A DNA stretch of 53,001 nt, from positions 1 through 53,001 of IMG/VR virus record IMGVR_UViG_3300022933_000007, one strand, 5' to 3'. Source of the DNA: a virus (lineage: Duplodnaviria > Caudoviricetes). This document shows positions 47,424-53,001 of the stretch, piece after piece. Both the position numbers and the translations under genes were made by a program. Under the pieces are notes generated by a model that was not told the DNA's origin, did not search any database, and worked only from the letters and a program-made list of their open reading frames with translations. Numbering within the stretch: the first letter of the stretch is position 1; every line of letters begins with the position of its first letter.

Positions 47424-48824
47424 TTACCCAAACATCTGTTCTTGGAATTCAGAACTCATGCTTAATACATGCCATTGGTCACCATGTTCTATAGCCAAAC
47501 ATACTAATGCTATGGCATCTGCATAGTCGTCTTTACCATCTGATTTAATCTTCATGATACCTGTCTCTGTATATTCTCTGGACATTAAACTGAATTGTTC
47601 TACTGCTATTTGTCCTATGTTTCTTACTTGTCCTTTCTCGAATAATACTCTTAATGATTTAAACATGGTTTCTTTTGCATGTAGTGAGAACATTTGTCCT
47701 CGTATTGGTAGTGACCGTTCTTGTGCTAAGTCTATTAATCCTCCCCCCAGACCTGTCTCATCTACGAAGATTAATTCTACATTCCATTGGTCTTTCAGGT
47801 CTTCCATACGTCCTGCTACATCAACTACGTTTGATTGACCCTCATGTTCCAAATGACATATTCTACCTACATCATTCTCGTCTACTTCCATGATAGCATA
47901 AACTGTCTCATCACGACCTGTTCTTGCAATATCTACACCCATGTATCTACGAATTTTACCTTTAGGGTTATGGTCATTTAATGCATCCATTAACATTTCG
48001 TGTGGGATTAAGGCGTTACCAATATCTAGGAACTCACCCTCTACCTCTAGAGCATACTGTTCCTCTGTCATGGCTTTAAGGAATGTCAAGTATTCAGGGT
48101 CTTTAGCAATCATAGGGTTATCATAAGACCTGACATGGAACTGTGTCCACTGCTTTTCTGCGTCAATCATCTTACCGTTTATAGTCTTAGAGTTGGAACA
48201 TGCCTTGTAGAAATAACCTTGTTTAGAGAATGGTGTTGAGGTAAGCCATATTCTCGCCCTAGTCGCAGCTCCTGCTGGAAACAATGCTCTAAGTATTTCT
48301 TCTTTAATGAATGAACATTCGTCCACGATGATAACGTGAGGGGAATAACCTCTGACAGAACTACCTGTTTCACCTGTTGCCTTGGTTGCAATATGAGTTA
48401 CACCTTTATCATTAAGCCATCTTAAACCTATCTCTGCTTGTGTGTTCTTAACAATGAATCCTGATAGGAATTCACTTCCTGTTATGAGTGTTCGTATACG
48501 TTCATACATAATTTTTGCTTGGTCTTGTGTAGGTGCAACAATTAAAATGGTACATTCCTTGTCAACTGTATCCAATAATAGGGGGGCAAAAAAGGCGAAA
48601 TGTATAGCCTTAATGGCAGTTGTCATTGTTTTACCAACCTGACGTCCAGACCTATATACTATGTATCTGTCAAGGCAATCTGCATATCTCTTGTTATATT
48701 CGAATACTTCATGGTTTAAGAATTTCTCAGAGAATGCACTTGGTTTCTCTACACATTCTACAAAGTCTTTAACGAATGTTTCTCTGGCTTCAGAGATATC
48801 TTTACTCGGCTTAGTCATTACCAT
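47424..48824 (-). CDS. terL: Terminase large subunit
   Basis: GRQVGKT Walker A, VAPT..QA, IIVDE Walker B, TSTP, GVDIA, VDETGLG, DDYADA. Confidence 0.95.
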   Translation of the reverse strand: MVMTKPSKDISEARETFVKDFVECVEKPSAFSEKFLNHEVFEYNKRYADCLDRYIVYRSGRQVGKTMTTAIKAIHFAFFAPLLLDTVDKECTILIVAPTQDQAKIMYERIRTLITGSEFLSGFIVKNTQAEIGLRWLNDKGVTHIATKATGETGSSVRGYSPHVIIVDECSFIKEEILRALFPAGAATRARIWLTSTPFSKQGYFYKACSNSKTINGKMIDAEKQWTQFHVRSYDNPMIAKDPEYLTFLKAMTEEQYALEVEGEFLDIGNALIPHEMLMDALNDHNPKGKIRRYMGVDIARTGRDETVYAIMEVDENDVGRICHLEHEGQSNVVDVAGRMEDLKDQWNVELIFVDETGLGGGLIDLAQERSLPIRGQMFSLHAKETMFKSLRVLFEKGQVRNIGQIAVEQFSLMSREYTETGIMKIKSDGKDDYADAIALVCLAIEHGDQWHVLSMSSEFQEQMFG

Positions 48825-49338
48825 TCGTGAATTTCTTTGCTGATAGTTCTTTGAATACTGATTTGATAAGACCGTCCTTATCTAGTTCAGTTGTCTCCTT
48901 TACTTCTACACTTCCATGCAATTCCTGCATTTGAGCCATAGTCTTCATGAGCATATTGAGTTGTGATATAGTATTACGGTCAGGTATATTACCATCCATT
49001 TTCATCTGGGCTAGTGATATAATTGTATTTTCTGACATTATTGATATAAATTCTGACAATAGTTTCTTCAAATCATCAGGGTTTCTAGTATCTAATTGAC
49101 CTATATAATCTCCGAATTCTTCTCTGATACCACACACTGCACCCTTTTCATACTTTGGACACTTTCCGTTTCCACCTTCGTCTATTGACTTGTAGATACA
49201 TTGGTCACAGTAAGCAGGTAGACTGGCGTTCTTGAAATGTTTTAAAGAGTTATATGGTGATACTGTCTTTCTTTTGTCTTCTGTTACTTCTAATTTTCCC
49301 TCGACTTTTTTAATCTTAAATATGTCATCTTTACCCAT
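48811..49338 (-). CDS. Putative terminase small subunit
   Basis: 175 aa overlapping TerL start; CxxC...C...C followed by helical region. Confidence 0.5.
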   Translation of the reverse strand: MGKDDIFKIKKVEGKLEVTEDKRKTVSPYNSLKHFKNASLPAYCDQCIYKSIDEGGNGKCPKYEKGAVCGIREEFGDYIGQLDTRNPDDLKKLLSEFISIMSENTIISLAQMKMDGNIPDRNTISQLNMLMKTMAQMQELHGSVEVKETTELDKDGLIKSVFKELSAKKFTNGND

Positions 49339-49362
49339 TATAATACATTAAGCAAAACAATA

Positions 49363-50145
49363 CTATATAAAGTTATCATCATAGATGTTTAACGTTTTAC
49401 ATAGAGGCATAAAGTTTACTGCTATAGGTAGACGTAACAATGCGTCATACTCATTGTCTAATACATCTTGTTTCTTTATATTACATTTCTCTAGATTGTC
49501 TTTGTATTGTTCTAATATGTATTGTAGTTGTGCTTTCATGTGTTTTCCTTTCTCCCCGAAGAACATGGATGTTGAAGAGTTGTTACGCCACACTTCAGTC
49601 TTTTTAGATACTGCTGCTGAAATCCATGCAGATGTGTCAAGTGATTCAAACATTCTATTCTTTGCAATATACTTACCCTTAGCAAGACCATGTAGTTTGA
49701 TGTTTCCGGGTAATCTACGGATTTGTTCTTCTGTTTCTATACGTCCTTTCACCTCTCCTATACATACATAATCATCAGGTTTAGGTCTTAATAACATTAG
49801 ATGTTGTTTATAGTTCTCTTGTAATACAGGTAAAGTCCAATCAATACCGAGTTCTCTTTCCTGAGAGAGACATTTCATAGTTGCTTTCATATCATAAAAT
49901 ACATCAAATTGAGTCGCATAATCATACTTTTCTCTGTTAGGTTTAAGCCATGCATGATACTTTTCCTTATTGGCTTTTACCCCTGCTACCACAAATACCT
50001 TCTCAAAATTATCACGATATGTGTCTATACTGGCATAGGCATACTTGTGAGCAACCATAACATTCTTGACACCACAGTCAATTAATGCAGTGCGAGTGGC
50101 TTTGTTATTTGCGTTTAGGTATAGTTTCATCGCCATATGTTCCAA
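49363..50145 (-). CDS. TGT/DpdA-like transglycosylase-fold protein (divergent)
   Basis: QFDV, LPV, VCIG, KLHGLA, ESLDTSAW follow the TGT-like motif order; canonical DSG motif not evident. Confidence 0.6.
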   Translation of the reverse strand: MEHMAMKLYLNANNKATRTALIDCGVKNVMVAHKYAYASIDTYRDNFEKVFVVAGVKANKEKYHAWLKPNREKYDYATQFDVFYDMKATMKCLSQERELGIDWTLPVLQENYKQHLMLLRPKPDDYVCIGEVKGRIETEEQIRRLPGNIKLHGLAKGKYIAKNRMFESLDTSAWISAAVSKKTEVWRNNSSTSMFFGEKGKHMKAQLQYILEQYKDNLEKCNIKKQDVLDNEYDALLRLPIAVNFMPLCKTLNIYDDNFI

Positions 50146-50884
50146 AGCATTCTAATGCATAAGGACAGAATCCATCACATAGATAATTTCTAGTTCTATC
50201 TGGCAGTTCTCCTGTCTGTTTAAAGTGCTGTAATGTGGCTAGATTCTCTTTAACCCATTTGTCAGTATCTTCAATCTCATCTAATTTGAAGTACATTGGA
50301 TGAATTTTATCCCTGTCTTCTTTAGATATACTGTTTGGTATATAGATAACACATCCAAATTTAGAGTCTATATCATAGCATTTCTTTAACAGACTTCTAT
50401 ATACATTGATTTGAACTTGGTGTGTAGGACTAGGTTTCTTGTCTCTTTTTCTGATAAAGTAATCCATACTTCCAGTGGTCTTTTTATCTGATATTACAAA
50501 CTGTCCATTTACTTCTAATACATCATCTATACTCCCATATAGGATATTCAGTTGTCTTGGGTCGTCTTCTGGTATTGCTTTAGCCTCTTCATATGTTAGT
50601 GGTTTTTCCTCCTCGAAGTCATATGCTAGGAACATCTCATGATATTCTGGTTTGGTTAGCATTGAATTGGAGTGAATAATTTGACCCATTACTAGAGACT
50701 TGTAGTCCTCTGTTGTCATTGTCTTTGGAATAATTTTACTATATGCTGAATATCTCATACAATCTTTTATTATATCTGATACGTGAAAAACACCTAAACG
50801 TTCAGTATGCATCGCATTGAGTTGTGCTTTTCTCATTGAAAAATATGCGTGGTCTTGAACTTCATCTTTACCTAAAACTACCAT
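50105..50884 (-). CDS. Cas4-like PD-(D/E)XK exonuclease with Fe-S cysteines
   Basis: HVSD...C.R, G..IH, GSIDD, DKKT, QINVY, CDGFCPY..EC. Confidence 0.8.
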   Translation of the reverse strand: MVVLGKDEVQDHAYFSMRKAQLNAMHTERLGVFHVSDIIKDCMRYSAYSKIIPKTMTTEDYKSLVMGQIIHSNSMLTKPEYHEMFLAYDFEEEKPLTYEEAKAIPEDDPRQLNILYGSIDDVLEVNGQFVISDKKTTGSMDYFIRKRDKKPSPTHQVQINVYRSLLKKCYDIDSKFGCVIYIPNSISKEDRDKIHPMYFKLDEIEDTDKWVKENLATLQHFKQTGELPDRTRNYLCDGFCPYALECFGTYGDETIPKRK

Positions 50885-50915
50885 GAGATAATATATTGTA
50901 TATGATATTTAAGTG

Positions 50916-51275
50916 TTAATAGGAGTTACGTATAATGAATGTAAATGTGTCTGTGGTTAATGTTATGGTTGTTCCGTCTGTTGATAGTAATTCTATTTCT
51001 CCCTCCCATTTTCCTGCATTAGCTGCAACTGTATCAGCAGTTGCTAAACCATAAGTAACTAGACCTGAAGCTCTGGTTGTAAATGTAATAGCTCCATCAA
51101 TTACAAGTGTACCGTCAGTTTTCCATACCTTTAGTTTTCCGGTGGCATAAGTAGAAGTATTAGATAAATCCTTTAGAGAAGTACCTGTATCATCATATAT
51201 GTTGAATTGTAAAGCGTTAGTTGAACCTACTTTAACTTCATAAACTATGTCTCTTTGACGCATAAATTGACTCAT
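50916..51275 (-). CDS. BppU-N-like / Ig-like virion accessory protein
   Basis: DLS...G.VTY....DT...AG.W.GEIEL pattern. Confidence 0.55.
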   Translation of the reverse strand: MSQFMRQRDIVYEVKVGSTNALQFNIYDDTGTSLKDLSNTSTYATGKLKVWKTDGTLVIDGAITFTTRASGLVTYGLATADTVAANAGKWEGEIELLSTDGTTITLTTDTFTFIIRNSY

Positions 51276-51307
51276 TATCTATCAAATGTCTCCATACTTA
51301 ATAAGGA

Positions 51308-52912
51308 TTATGAACTAGGTGTCCTCACGTTCTTAGTACCCTGACCAGATTTAAGCTTACCAGATACGTTCTTTACACGTATGTTTACTGATGTAGCTGC
51401 TGTCTTTACTTTTCTTCCTATCTTTCCTACTAGTTCTCTTATCTCATTCTTTGCCTCCGAAATCTGAACTGTCTCATTGATAATCTTTCTGAGGTTATTG
51501 AGAATTCTGTTATCAGATGTGTGTATTTCAATCAATTGTTCTATCTCATTGATAGCTCTAACAATAGACATTGACCTTACATTTGCTTCAGTTAAGGCAA
51601 CTGTTTCATTAATAATCTTTCTTACTAATCCTACCTTTTTAATGAATTCAGATATTTCTACAGTTTCATCTATAACTCTATACATTGTCTTTGGATTAAA
51701 TATTGATTCGGATAATGCTACAGATTCTGCTATGTTTCGAAGTATCACAATAGGTCTGGCTAATGTTTCAGCCAATTGCACAGTTTCATCAATAATGAAT
51801 CTCTTATGTTTAATCATTCTTAAACCGTCAAATACCCTCATTGTCTCATTCACTGCGAGAATTAATGCACCATTATTATTGATAAAGTTAGGTAATAACA
51901 TGAGATATGCTTCTATGAGTTGTAATGTTTCATCGACAACTCTTACCACATTGATTGGTTTACTTGTTGTTTCTGAGATTTGTACTGTTTCATCAACTGC
52001 ACGTTTAATACCTAACAGTTTAACTACTTCTGTACCCATTTGGAATACTCCAGATTGGAACACAGATGACTGGAATACTTTTGCATTTACCATTAATACT
52101 TGGACTGTCTCATCTACAACCTTTGCCATAGTCATTGGTCTTACTACTGATGTAGATATTGCAATTGTTTCTGCTATTTCTTTTACCAAGTCTCTTGTTT
52201 TTACTATTCCCTCGGAAATTTGTAGTGTTTCATTCACTCGTCTAACTAATGCTAATGCCTTTGGAATTGTCTCTGATATTCTTACTGTCTCTGATAATAT
52301 CTTGATTCTTTGTGGTACTTCTACTATTGCTTCTGCAAATTGTACTGTCTCTGTTACAAATCTTGTCTTGCCCACCAAATTAACAACACCCCTACCAGTC
52401 ACACCTTGGAACACACCTGCTTGGAAAACGTTGGTCTGGAATAAAGCAATAGGTTGTAATAGGTTAACTGTCTCTGCTACTTCTTTTACCAAAGTTCTTG
52501 CCTTGTGTATGTTTTCTGATAATGCTAATGTTTCGTTTATTATTCTCCCCAAATCTCTAGTCTTTCTTACTCCTTCTGAAATTTGCATGGTTTCATTAAT
52601 TGCTCTTACCCAATCATGTTGTGGGGAAATAGTATCAATAACTTGAACAGTCTCATTAATCTTTCTTACAAATGCTCTAACATATACATTAGGGTCAGAT
52701 ATTGCCTCAGTTTCATTAATAAATCTTACAAGAGACATTACTTTAACAAGTCCACCTACTGTACCTTGGAATACATTTGATTGGAATATGTTGTTTTGGA
52801 ATACTCCTTGCTTGTCATCTGGTACTTCTATGGTTTCATTTATTGTTAGTGCTATTGAGTCTGCTCCCTGAAAAACATCCTTCTGGAAAACATTGTGTTG
52901 GAATGCACCCAT
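51308..52912 (-). CDS. Repetitive fibre-like virion protein
   Basis: Many roughly 19-aa (I/V)(N/D/A)ET(V/L)x(I/L)SE repeats plus four FQxxxFQxxVFQ blocks. Confidence 0.65.
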   Translation of the reverse strand: MGAFQHNVFQKDVFQGADSIALTINETIEVPDDKQGVFQNNIFQSNVFQGTVGGLVKVMSLVRFINETEAISDPNVYVRAFVRKINETVQVIDTISPQHDWVRAINETMQISEGVRKTRDLGRIINETLALSENIHKARTLVKEVAETVNLLQPIALFQTNVFQAGVFQGVTGRGVVNLVGKTRFVTETVQFAEAIVEVPQRIKILSETVRISETIPKALALVRRVNETLQISEGIVKTRDLVKEIAETIAISTSVVRPMTMAKVVDETVQVLMVNAKVFQSSVFQSGVFQMGTEVVKLLGIKRAVDETVQISETTSKPINVVRVVDETLQLIEAYLMLLPNFINNNGALILAVNETMRVFDGLRMIKHKRFIIDETVQLAETLARPIVILRNIAESVALSESIFNPKTMYRVIDETVEISEFIKKVGLVRKIINETVALTEANVRSMSIVRAINEIEQLIEIHTSDNRILNNLRKIINETVQISEAKNEIRELVGKIGRKVKTAATSVNIRVKNVSGKLKSGQGTKNVRTPSS

Positions 52913-53001
52913 GATTATATATACCCAATTATCATATATAAAGAATTATACATACATCTTCACCAATGAATAACAGTTAGGGCAAGATTTTATATCTAAT
53001 C

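Noticed and set aside
38967-48824. Inteins or introns in RadA, MCM or TerL
   Set aside because: Lengths are ordinary and motifs contiguous; no splice-junction signature seen
50105-50884. Cas4-like gene as evidence of a CRISPR-Cas system
   Set aside because: No array or other cas genes; stand-alone Cas4-like nucleases are common in archaeal viruses
51477-52646. 389-aa plus-strand ORF
   Set aside because: Antisense shadow of the repetitive minus-strand gene; no promoter, RBS or recognisable motif
1-53001. Stop-codon reassignment to explain the missing start codons
   Set aside because: TAA, TAG and TGA all end well-supported genes and conserved proteins are uninterrupted
1-53001. Integrase, att sites, reverse transcriptase/DGR, or amoC-type auxiliary gene
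   Set aside because: No supporting motifs in any ORF; they could lie outside the window

Overview
The whole window looks like an AT-rich archaeal head-tailed virus (Caudoviricetes, probably siphovirus-like). Archaeal-type RadA, MCM, GINS and Hjc-like genes and TATA promoters support an archaeal host; Nitrososphaeria/Thaumarchaeota is my inference. Layout: 1-17.1 kb (-) virion morphogenesis (baseplate, short tape measure, frameshifting tail chaperone, tail tube, neck, capsid, scaffold, protease, portal). 17.2-21.2 kb (+) accessory block with two metalloproteases, a sulfotransferase, mini-ORFs sharing an N-terminal MLNTDK(I/A) tag and a candidate structured ncRNA. 21.2-24.2 kb small monocistronic genes and a repeat-rich non-coding region (candidate origin or genome end). 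24.2-37.7 kb (+) early region with a ubiquitin-like SAMP/MoaD-type gene, a GHKL ATPase, a gp88-family gene, GINS and many Zn-finger mini-proteins. 37.7-53 kb (-) replication and packaging genes plus virion genes. The most notable observations are the tagged NTDK peptide family (six members, four missed by the ORF track plus a distant copy upstream of MCM), the viral ubiquitin-like protein, three genes whose conserved N-termini lack a canonical start codon, and two candidate structured RNAs. All calls come from reading motifs by eye; no database searches were run.
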